Shown here piece by piece: positions 13,925 through 25,500 of a DNA stretch of 64,000 bases (positions are counted from its first letter, which is position 1; the number at the start of each line of letters is the position of its first letter). The notes beneath the pieces are model-generated. The model was not told the DNA's origin and did no database searches. It saw only the letters and a list, made by a program, of their open reading frames with translations. The DNA is taken from the NCBI RefSeq assembly GCF_009914755.1, contig NC_060931.1; one strand, given 5' to 3'. Source of the stretch: the human T2T-CHM13v2.0 reference genome, Homo sapiens. Made by a program: the position numbers and the translations under genes.

Positions 13925-15844
13925 GAGGGGTGGGGGATGGAGGGTGGTGAGAGGCTGAAAGATAGCACTCCAGGAGCTAGGCCAAATGAAGAGTACAGGA
14001 GGTGAAGGAAGGAATGCTGAGAAGATAGTCAAGTGGAAAGAAAAGCAGATGAATTGGGGAGGAAAGTGAGAGACATTAAAGAAGGTATATGGAAAAATGA
14101 AGTGGGGGCAGAAGATGCAAGATGGATGTGAGAATTATTTGAAAATAAAATGGTATTGAAAAGTGCAATGTCATTACAGGTAGGCACACAGAGGTATTGG
14201 AGAGGAGATGGCATAAAAGAGGGAGAAGAAAAACAAAGATGAGCAAGAAGGATATTGAGATAGATTGAGAACAGACAGGCAGAGAAAGACACACACAAAG
14301 AGGAAATGAATATTCTAGGGTCATAAGAAACCAGGGACTAGAGATCTTGTGACATCAACAGAAGGCAGAGACTGCAAGACAAAAGGCAACTTAAGCCATT
14401 TCCTGGTCTGTTAAGTCACCCACGGCAGCACAATGTGCTGAGAACTGATGTCTGCCTGTGATCATTGTTTACTTAGAAAGCCAGCTGACATGAGATGAAA
14501 TTAACACAATAGGATGGAAAATTGCTAATAAAACAAAAATCCCTGCCGTTAGATTTTCATAGCCTAATTATTCAGCACGTTACTCACTAATGGCATGAGA
14601 CATTACCATGCTAATGTGTAGTCTGCATATGTCAGAGGAGGAAGGATGGGAAGGACTCTTATTCTCTGCAAATGGAGAAATTACCTACTCCCAGATGGAG
14701 GACTGTTGGGATTAGTGGGATACTGGTGGCCAGGAAAGAGGGGTAGACTTTTCTAGGCCTGGGCAGGAATCAGAACCCTAGGGTTTGTTCCTCTGTACTA
14801 ATAAAGCACCATGGGCTCTTCCAATCCAAGCTGCTCTCTGCATTCACCATGTGTCCCTCCCATTTGAGAATCACATTACTGACACGAATAAGATTTGAGC
14901 ACAAATAATAAGAAAGAAGAGCTGTCTCCAAGTGCACTTGATAACTGTGGAAGCCTGACTTTGTTTACACTTTTACTTGGCATCCTCTGATCATTATCTG
15001 ATTCAAATCTTATGGAGTTAATTTATTCTTGTGGCTTTTATTTAAATCTGTTCTGTTATGTTAAGAGGTATTCTAATTGTCCTTGACAGAGTAAAAAGAT
15101 CCCAGAGTCAGGGACTGTATATTCTACTTTCTTAGAAGCTCTTTATTCTGTCCATTTATGCATCCAGAGATACAGACATTCATTCAATACTGGCTGAAAG
15201 ACTATCCCTGGACCATGTGATAGAATGCAAAGAAAAACAGAAACCATTATTTTCCTCAAGATAACCACAGGCTCTTGTGGGGTGCGAGGTTGGTATGCAA
15301 ATTACTAAGGGAGGTGTTCAACCAGGGAGACACTGGAAGAGCGAGCACAGGCAAGTCCCATCTTCGTGGAGGAAGGCAGCAGGGCTATAGCTCTGGAGGA
15401 GCGGTTCTATCGTCTTCAGCCTTAGACAATCCTGGAACCATAACCCGTTTCTAAGATGGGCAGTCTGATGATGGAAGGGCTGCCTGAATGCGAGTATGTA
15501 CGTGCTTGCACATGATTGTGTGCTTACTTGATTCTGTCCCCTTACTGTTGTTGGCTCTGGTAGTTGTAGCTCTCCTCTCCTCCTTTTCTCTGGAAACAGA
15601 AACATCTTTTTCCAACAAGAAGTCTATTCCATATTGATGCTATAGGACCAAGCTACAGTGACCATGCAATCAGTTCAAGGAGGCCTATGTGACCTGGGGT
15701 TGATCAACTAGAATCCTCAGCATTCTTCCAGGACTTTGCTGGGACCAGTGGCAGAGGTATTCTTTTTCTCTCTGTGCTTCTGTCTCTGTCTCTCTCTTCC
15801 TGAAAGAGCTAACTTTCTGAAAGTTTGGGATAGATTTAACTCCC

Positions 15845-16208
15845 TGTATTAGTCCATTTTCATATTGTTCTCAAGAAATACCTGAGACTGGATAATTTAT
15901 AAAGAAAAAGAGGTTTAGTGGACTTGCAGTTTCACATGACTGGGAAGGCCTCCCAATCATGGTGGAAGGTGAAGGAAGAACAGAAACACGTTTTACATGG
16001 CAGCAGGCAAGAGAGCATGTGCAGGGGAACTGCTCTTTATAACACCATCAGATCCCATGAGACATATTCACTATCATGAAATCAGCATGGGAAAAACCTG
16101 CCTGCATGATTCAATTACCTCCCACCAGGTACCTCCCATGACCCATGGGGATTATGGGAGCTACAATTCAAGATGAGATTTGGGTGGGGACACAGCCAAA
16201 CCATATCA
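15845..16208 (-). mobile_element. THE1 (C/D) solo LTR
   Basis: tgtattagtcc...gggacacagccaaaccatatca; TSD ctccc/caccc. Confidence 0.93.
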
Positions 16209-16271
16209 CACCCTAAGCGAATTTTTTAGCATGCGGGAGAAAATTGCCTGAGAATAAAATCAACTCAGAAA

Positions 16272-16274
<3 letters not shown>

Positions 16275-16327
<53 letters not shown>
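16275..16327. repeat. (GA)n microsatellite
   Basis: Read directly. Confidence 0.95.
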
Positions 16328-16994
16328 CTAATGATATTTTTCAAATTAATTCCTTAATTCTGAATCTGGACAGGAATTCTTGGCATTCTCTTTGTGCTTA
16401 AGCTGGTTTGAGTTAAATTTGTCACATGCAAATCAAGTAGTCCTTGTCACACTTTTTCTTCCACACATCTCAGGTTTTGAATGCTCAAGGCATTCTTGGC
16501 CACTGTGAACAGAATGAGACTTTATAATTCTTTACAATGAATGTGTCCTTTGTAGCCTGCCATCTGCCTTTGTGGTGGCAGGTGAAGAGACAGGTCAAGC
16601 CCCTTGCTGAGCAACACTCAATGGAGTGAAAGCTGGTACAGAGGTCCTTGATCTGCTTACCTACAAAGGCTTTTTGAGGCATACTTTTCCCAATGTTTCT
16701 TCTGTTTCTCTTTGGACTTTTTCCCTCTTGTAAATTGATACTGAGGGTATGAAGCCAAGGAAGAACTTCATAAAAGCGCTAGGTTTTTCAGGAGGGATTT
16801 CAGAGTGAAGAAGCAATTAAGCAGGTGGAGCTTGCTCGAGATATATCAATGACACTAGCAAGGATCAGTGGGCTTGGAGAGCCTTTGCCTCTGAGCAGCC
16901 AGAATGTGTTTCTATGTGCTGGCGCAAAAGTGTCCTGTGCACAAGTGTCCTCGTGATGATGTTGGACCAGGAGAAGGAACTAGGAAACAAGGGG

Positions 16995-17340
16995 TGGTAG
17001 TCATTAGGACTAATGACTAGAATTTGGATTTTTCTTTTTCTGGGCACATGATAAAATTGCATTCCTACCACTTTTAAAGCTAGGTGTGGCTGGATGACTT
17101 ACTCATAATGAAATGTGAGCAGAAGCAATGTGCCTTCTCTGGTGCATCATATTTAAGAATGATTGAACGATTTCTCCACTCTTTCATGAAGACTGGTGAT
17201 ATTCAAGACGAGATTTTCATCAACCAGGCTGCCCCTGAATAAGTCTGTACCAGTTTCCTGAATAAGGAAAAAGCAGCCAATTTTGGCATGAACATAAAGT
17301 GTGATCAAGAAATAAACCATTGTTATTTTAAACCATTAAG
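16995..17340 (+). mobile_element. MLT1 (H/I/J-like) LTR
   Basis: aatgaaatgtgagcagaagcaatgtg...aagaaataaaccattgttattttaaacca. Confidence 0.65.
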
Positions 17341-17357
17341 TTTTTTTTTTTAAATTA

Positions 17358-17691
<334 letters not shown>

Positions 17692-19039
17692 AGATTTACA
17701 GAAGAATTGAGCAGACAGTTCAGTGTTTCCATGTATCTCCCCTACTGACATATTCCCTATTATTAACTTCATACATTAGTGTAGTATATTTGTCACAATT
17801 AATGAACCAATACTGATATATTATTATTAACTAGAGTTCATAGTTTACATAGAGGTTCACTCTTTGCATTGTACAATTCTGTGAGTCTCAACAAATGCAT
17901 GTCATATACCCATAATTATAGTATACAGAATCCTATTGCTGCTTTAAAAATCTTCTGTGCTTCACTAGCTAATCCCTCCCCTACCCAGAACCCCTGGCAA
18001 CCACTGACTTTTTAATGTCTATATAGTATTCCATTTTCCAGAGCGTCATATAGTTGGAATCATACAGTATGTGTCCCCTTCAGACTGGCTTCACTTAGCA
18101 ATACACATTTAAATTTCTTTTATATATTTTCATGGGTTGATAGGACTTTCTTCCTGTCACTGAATAATATTCATTGTATAGAATATGGTTTGCTTATCCA
18201 TTCACCTATTGAGTTACACCTTGGTTGCTTCCAGTTTTTGCAGTTATGAATAAACTTCTATAAACATTTGTTTTTAGGTTTTATGTGGGCAAAGTTTTCA
18301 AGTCAGTTGGGTAAATACCTAGGAGTGTGATTGTTGGATTGTATGGCAACACTATGTTTAAGCCTTGTAAGAAACCACCAGATTATCTTTCAAAGTGGCC
18401 ACACCATTTTGCATTGCCACTGAATAATATTCCTGCCAATATTTGGTATTGTCAGGTTTGTTTTTCCATTAGAATAGGTTTTTAGTGGTATCTCGTTGTT
18501 TTAACTTGCACTTCTCTAATGGCATATGATGTTGAGCATCTATTCATATACTTGTTTGCCATCTGTGTATCTTTTTTGGTGGGGTATCTGTTCGGGTCTT
18601 TTGCCAGTTTTTAAAATGAGTTGTTTATTTTCTTATTATTGAGTTTTAAGGATTTTTTTCCCCTTTTGGCTACAAGGCCTTTATCAGATATGTGTTTTGT
18701 GAATATATTTTTCCAGTCTGTGGCTTGTCTTTTCATTCTCTTAAAAGTTTCTTTTGCAGAGCAGAAGTTTTGAATTTTAATAAAATCTAAGTTGCCAATA
18801 TTTTTTCTTTTCTGTATTCCTCTTTTTTTTTTTTAATCTGAAAACTAATCTCCAAACCCAAGGTCACCTAGATTTTCTTCTACATTATCTTCTAGAAGTT
18901 TTATAGTTTTACATTCAGGTCTATGATCCACTTTGAGTTAATTTTTTGTGAAAAGTAGAAGGAAGGTCTGTGTCTAGATTATTCTTTTTCTAAGGATATC
19001 CAATGTTTTAGTACCATTTATTTAAAAATCTACGATATC

Positions 19040-19365
<326 letters not shown>

Positions 19366-20231
19366 TGAATCTCCTTTGCTCCTTTGTCAAAGATAGGTGG
19401 TCTGTATTATGTGGGTCTGTTTTGGACTCTTTTATGTTCCACTGATTTATTCTTCTATTGTTCCTCCAATATCATGTTGTCTTGATTACTGTACCTTTAT
19501 TAGCAGTGTTAAAGTCAGGTAATATCAGCCTTTTGACTTTGTGCTTCTTCAGTATTGTGTTGATTATTTTGTCTTTTGCCTTTCCATATAAACTTTAAAT
19601 CTTTTTTTGATCTTCACAAAATAACTTGTTAGGATTTTGATTAAGACTGCATTCAATCTATAGATCAGTTGGAAAAAATTGACATCTTAACAATATTGGG
19701 TCTTCCTATCTATGAACATGGAACACATTTCCATTTATTTAGATATTTGATTTTTTATCAGACTTGTATTGTTTTCCCCAAATAGATTCTATATTTATTT
19801 TGTTAGATTAGAACCTAAGTATTTCAATTTTTTGGTGCTGACATAAGTGATGAATTTTTAATTTTATAATCCATTTTTTCCTTGTGGGTATATAGGAAAG
19901 CAATTAAATTTTGTATATTAGCCTTGTATCGACAATCTTGCTGTAACTGCTTTTTGATTTCAAGACTTTTTTTTTGTTTTTTGGTCAGTTCTTTGGAATT
20001 TTCAACATTGACAATCATCACATTTGCAAACAAAGACAGTTTTATTTCTTCCTTCTTTATCTGTTTAATTTTTTTGTTCTTTTCTTATCTTACTGTCTTA
20101 GCTAGGACTTCTAGTATGATGCTGAATAGGGTGGTGAGAGGAAACCTCCTTTCCTTGTTTCTGATTTTCAGGGGAAACCATCTAGTTTCATCATTAAATA
20201 TAATATTAGCTGTAGGGGTTGGCAAGCTTTC

Positions 20232-20890
20232 TTTTTTTTTTTTTTTCCATTTCACTGATTTTTTATTAGAGCAAGTGTATGTTCTGTAACGTATTTCACT
20301 AGCAAGCATGAAAGAGGAGGTCTCTCTCTCTCTCTCTCTCTCTCCACGGGCTGCTCCCAGGGTCTGGTCACAATATGCCACCACAGTGGGGGCAAATCAC
20401 CTTCCTTTCCGGCAGGTGGCGTTTCCTCCTGCAGCTGCTTAACCTCTCTTTTCCAGCTTTCCCTCCGCAGTTTCTTCCACTGTTTTCTCTTGGCAAAGTA
20501 ATCAGGATACATTGCCTTCTCAGAAGGATGCCAGTCATCTAAGCACCATTCTGGGACCTTGTAGCACTCGTGTGTCACATAGGAGGTACCCCTAGGAGAG
20601 TCAGGGAAGATGCATGGCTGTGGATGCTGATGGTACCAGAATTCTTCCTCAGCCTCCTTCAGCAGCCGGATGGCCTTCATCATATCCTTTTCGTTCGTAT
20701 GTTCTTCAGACTGGGCTCTCATCAAACAAGCAAAGTATCGGTATTTGTCCCTGTGGATGCAACACAACTCGAGGTGGCACAGCACCCACTTTTAAAGCCT
20801 CAACACCTTCTGCTGATGGGTCAGGCAGGCAGCCGGCGTGGAGAACGCCACGACTGCGCTGACCTTCAGCGGCCTCGAGGGTAGCCAGGC
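20232..20890 (-). pseudogene. NDUFB9P: Processed pseudogene of NDUFB9 (complex I subunit B22, LYR family)
   Basis: Translation [13 protein letters not shown]...[22 protein letters not shown]...[48 protein letters not shown] matches NDUFB9. Intronless; UTR remnants; AATAAA (tttatt 20262-20267); polyA (T tract 20232-20246); degenerate TSD ggcaagctttcttt / ggcgactttcttt. ATG to GTG (20851), TAA at codon 20 (20794-20792), 30-nt in-frame deletion, stop codon lost. Pseudogene number not determined. Confidence 0.97.
20321..20344. repeat. (TC)12 microsatellite inside the retrocopy
   Basis: Read directly. Confidence 0.95.
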
Positions 20891-21054
20891 GACTTTCTTT
20901 ATTAAGGTAAGGAAGTTTCTTTCTATTCCTAGTCCACTGATTTTTTTCCTTAAATCATGAATGGGTGTTTGATTTTGTCAAATGTTTTTTCTGCATCTAT
21001 TGATATGATTATATATTTTTCTTCTTTAGCCTGTTGAGGTGATGGATTGCATGA

Positions 21055-21364
<310 letters not shown>

Positions 21365-21502
21365 TGAAGTAATTTTTGAATGTTGAGCCAGCCTTGCATA
21401 CCTGGAATAAATCTCATTTGTCGTGGTGTATAATTCTTTTTCTACATTGTTGGATTTGATTTACCAATATTTGGCTGAGAATTTTTACATCTGGGTTCAT
21501 GA

Positions 21503-21838
<336 letters not shown>

Positions 21839-22325
21839 AGTTTTTCTTTCTTATAATGACTTTCACTGGTTTGTTTTGATATTAGGACAATGCTGACCTC
21901 ATAGAATGAGTTAGAAAATGTTCTGTTTGCTTCTATTTTCTGAAAGAGATAATAGAGAATTGGTATGATTTCTCCCTTAAATGTTTGGTAGAATTCACTA
22001 GTAAAACCATCTGGACCTGGTATTTTCTTTTTTTGGAAGGTTATTAATTATTGAGTCAGTTTCTTTAATAGATATAGGTTTATTCATATTCTATGTCTCC
22101 TCGTGTGAGTTTTGGTAATTTATTCCCATCAAGGGATTGGCCTATTTCATATATTTTATCAAATTTGTAGGCATAGAGTTGTTTATATTCCTTTATTATA
22201 CCTTTAATGTTTATGGGATCAGTAGAAATAGCTCTTCTTTAATTTCTAGTATTAGTAATTTGCAGTTTAACTAGAGGTTTATCAATTTTACTCATCTTTT
22301 GAAAAAAATTAGCTTTTGATTATAC

Positions 22326-22846
22326 TTTTTTTTTTTTAACTAAAAAGTAAACTTTAATGTCGAAAGTGCAAACCTGGGGAGGACAGAAAAGATCACACAC
22401 AAGGTTGTCACTTCACACTTGGAAGGTTGCACAGCGGCCGGGCAGAGGCGCTCCTCACTTCCCAGACGGGGCGGCGGCCGGGCAGAGGCGCTCCTGACTT
22501 CCCAGATGGGGTGGCCGGTAAGAGGCGCTCCTCACTTCCCAGGCGGGACGGCGGCTGGACAGAGGTGCTCCTGAGTTCCCAGATGGGGCGGCGGCCGGGC
22601 AGAGGCACTCCTCATTTCCCAGATGGGGCGGCGGCCGGGCAGAGGCGCTCCTGACTTCCCAGATGGGGTGGCCGGTAAGAGGCGCTCCTCACTTCCCAGA
22701 TGGGGCGGCGGCCGGGCAGAGACGCTCCTCACTTCCTATACGGTGGGCAGCTGGGCAGAGACGCTCCTCACTTCCCAGACAGGGCAGAAGCTGGGCAGAG
22801 GTGCTCCTCACTTCCCAGACAGTGGGCAGCTGGGCAGAGGCGCTTA
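22326..22846 (-). mobile_element. SVA2-type VNTR retrotransposon
   Basis: ~10 GC-rich 37-40-bp VNTR units (ggcagaggcgctcctcacttcccaga) at 22434-22844; ~95-bp unique 3' tail with ATTAAA (tttaat 22353-22358); polyA; TSD tgattatactttt (from 22317 / 22847-22859); no SINE-R, Alu-like domain or CCCTCT hexamers. Confidence 0.85.
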
Positions 22847-24154
22847 TGATTATACTTTTAAACTAGCCTTTATTATGTTTTTAATGATCATGAGATCAGT
22901 AGAAGTAGCTCCTCTTTTATTTCCAATATTAGTAATTTGTAACTTGACTAGAGGTTTATCAATTTTACTGATCTTGTGAAAAAACTAGCTTTTGATTTTG
23001 TTGATTTTTCTCTATTGACTTCTTGTTTCAACTTCCATTGATTTCTGCTCTAATATTATTATTTTGTATTATGCTTCTTTGGGTTTATGTTTCTATTTTT
23101 TCCTTAATTTCCTAAGGTAGAAGCTTAAATGATTGATTTTAGATCTTTTTTCTTTTTTAATGTGTGATTCAATGTTAGAAAATTTCTTCAAAACCCCACT
23201 TTTGCTGCATCCCATAAATTTTGATCAGTTGTATTTTCATTTTCATTTAGTTCAAAATATTTAAACATTTATTTGGAAAAATCCAGTCAACCTGGGATGC
23301 AATAGAACTATGAGCAGGAGAGAAGCCATATTGTTTTAAGCCACTAGGGATTTTTTTTTTTTTAAACTGTAGAAAACTTAGCCTATCCTGCTGGTAAATG
23401 AGGACAAAGGATTTTGTAAGTATAGCAGTCACAGTGTGTATTTCAGGCAACATAAACCAAATCTGGTTGATTTAAGAACGCACAAAAAAGAATTTATTAA
23501 AATGAGTATTGGTAGTTCAGAATATCTTCAGGAGGCCTAGAGTACCTGCATTGTGGGCTACACACCTGGAAGCAATGTTCCTAATCATGCAACAAAACTA
23601 AGGCAGTGAAGACACCATTGTTGCTGCAGTCCAGCACTGATGCTGTGATTGCCCTGCAGACACCTCCGACACTGGATGCTGCCCTGGGAACCTGGGAGTA
23701 GCTGCTGCTACACATCAACAGAGTGAATTCTCTCAGGTCCTGCCTCTTCACAATTCTTGCTTCCAATATAATGTCTGGGAAGGTGCCTATAGGTTAGTTC
23801 AACAGAAGGAAAACATCTGCTATAGTAAGCAACAAAATGATATAATTGAAAGAGCTCTAGACTGCAAGATGACCTGGGATGCAGTCCAGATGCTCAGTAT
23901 GGTGAGCCTGAGCAAACCCCTTTGCCTTTCAGAGCTTGTAGGGTGGCATGAGGATGAAAGGAGATCAGTGGTTTGAGGGCAGTAAAACTTTCTATCAATG
24001 TACGTTATTATGTGTTTGCGTGACCAGGTGTGGTCAGCACAGTACCCAGCAACTAACCCACCACTAGGCACAGACTGGGCACTCAGTATTTAGAGCAAAT
24101 AAAAAGTCTAAGCTTGTTCAGGTTAAAGATCTTGACCTCTCAATTTCTATCTTC

Positions 24155-24300
24155 CCTGCTAGAATGTAAGGACTTTTCTAGGGGTTTTTGTCTGCTTTCT
24201 TCAATGCCGTAGCTCCAGCTATAAAAGCATGGCCTAGAAGAGTGGGCCCTCAATAAATATTTGTTGAATGAGTGAATGAGTGAGGGAAATGAATGAATAT
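24155..24300 (+). mobile_element. L2 3' end
   Basis: ctcaataaatatttgttgaatgagtgaatga. Confidence 0.8.
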
Positions 24301-24819
24301 CTCAATTCTGTCATCTGAGACCAGAATGTTTCTAGCCCAGACGCTTATTTCTAAGTTCACCTAGGAATGTTCTTCCTGACTTAGTTCTGCCCTTCTTCAG
24401 CTGCTGTAAAGGAGCTTCAAAAAAGTGTCCAACTGTCCAAGAAGCAAACTTCTGTCATTGTTTCTCTGTCACTGTCTTATGATAAGATCCTGCTGGGTGC
24501 TTTGAAAGGAAATTGGCCCCAGTCTCTACAATATTCTTTATAGCCCAATGACGTCTTTGCTTTTTTAGCTGTACTTTTCTCTTTCCAGTCTGGGTTATGA
24601 TTTTCCCTTGCTCAGCTGGCCCCTAGCATAACTAGTCTAACTGCATCACGATCTACCTCTTACTGACAGTGATCAGCCCATAAAAGGACTGCCATTTGAC
24701 TTATCCTAGTATCATACCCAAAAGTCACATCCTGACCACAGCGAACACAAGATAAAGGCTATTGGGCCTAGAAAAGACTTTGGAAGTCATCCAAGCTTGC
24801 TTCTTTTGAGGGAGACTCT

Positions 24820-25120
24820 GCATTTGCTGTTTCCTCTGCCAGCACAGCATCGTAGCATCTCCCCTTGAGATTTCGATGGCTAGCTCCTTCTTGTCATTGG
24901 AGATCTCAGTATAAAATTCACCCCCTCACACAGGTCTTCCCTGAGTGCTCCATCTGAAATAGCTACCCAGGACCTCTCCATCATAAGACTACATTTTAAT
25001 TATCTGTCTATTGCTTACCATGATTTCACATACATGTTTATTCATTTATTCATCATGCAAGCAGATTAACAGCTCCTGGCACATACTGGGAGCTCAATAA
25101 CATTTTTTGAATGAATAAAT
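24820..25120 (+). mobile_element. L2 3' fragment
   Basis: catttgctgtttcctctgcc...cctggcacatactgggagctcaataacattttttgaatgaat. Confidence 0.7.
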
Positions 25121-25129
25121 TCAGTTCAA

Positions 25130-25500
25130 GCCCCTGGGAAACTCAAGCCCAGAGAAGAAAAGTGACCTTAACAAGGTCACACAGCTCCTTAGTGGAACAG
25201 CATGGACTAGAACCCATGACCCTTGACTCTTGTCCAGTGCTTTTCCCACCATGCCAGTTTTCATAGATAAAGATAAAAAGAAGGAACATCTCTTGGGCCC
25301 CCAGTAGGTGTCAGTTTCTGTGGTAGTTGCTCTATACATGTCAGTCAAATTATCCTTATGATGACCCTATAATGTAGGTAGAGTTCAGATTTTTATAAAT
25401 AAGGATAGAGAGTCTTTGCGATGCTAAGTAATTTGCCAGGTATCCCACTGCTATGGAGTGAGAGCTGGGATCTGACCCTAGCTTGGTCCGACTTTCAAGT
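25130..25500 (-). mobile_element. Two MIR fragments
   Basis: aagtgaccttaacaaggtcacacagct; aagtaatttgccaggtatcc...agctgggatctgaccc. Confidence 0.7.

Larger units (their letters stand above)
15600..16450 (+). mobile_element. Old MLT1 LTR interrupted by THE1 and (GA)n
   Basis: 3' end gcttaagctggtttgagtt...tgtcacatgcaaatcaag is typical of MLT1J/K; boundaries approximate. Confidence 0.5.

Noticed and set aside
20252-20785. 177-aa NDUFB9-like ORF as a functional CDS
   Set aside because: Start lost, TAA at codon 20, 10-codon deletion, stop lost, intronless with polyA and TSD: a processed pseudogene
22326-22846. Canonical SVA_A-F, CRISPR-like array or CpG-island promoter
   Set aside because: No SINE-R or hexamer; units are contiguous with no unique spacers; the CpG content is explained by the VNTR
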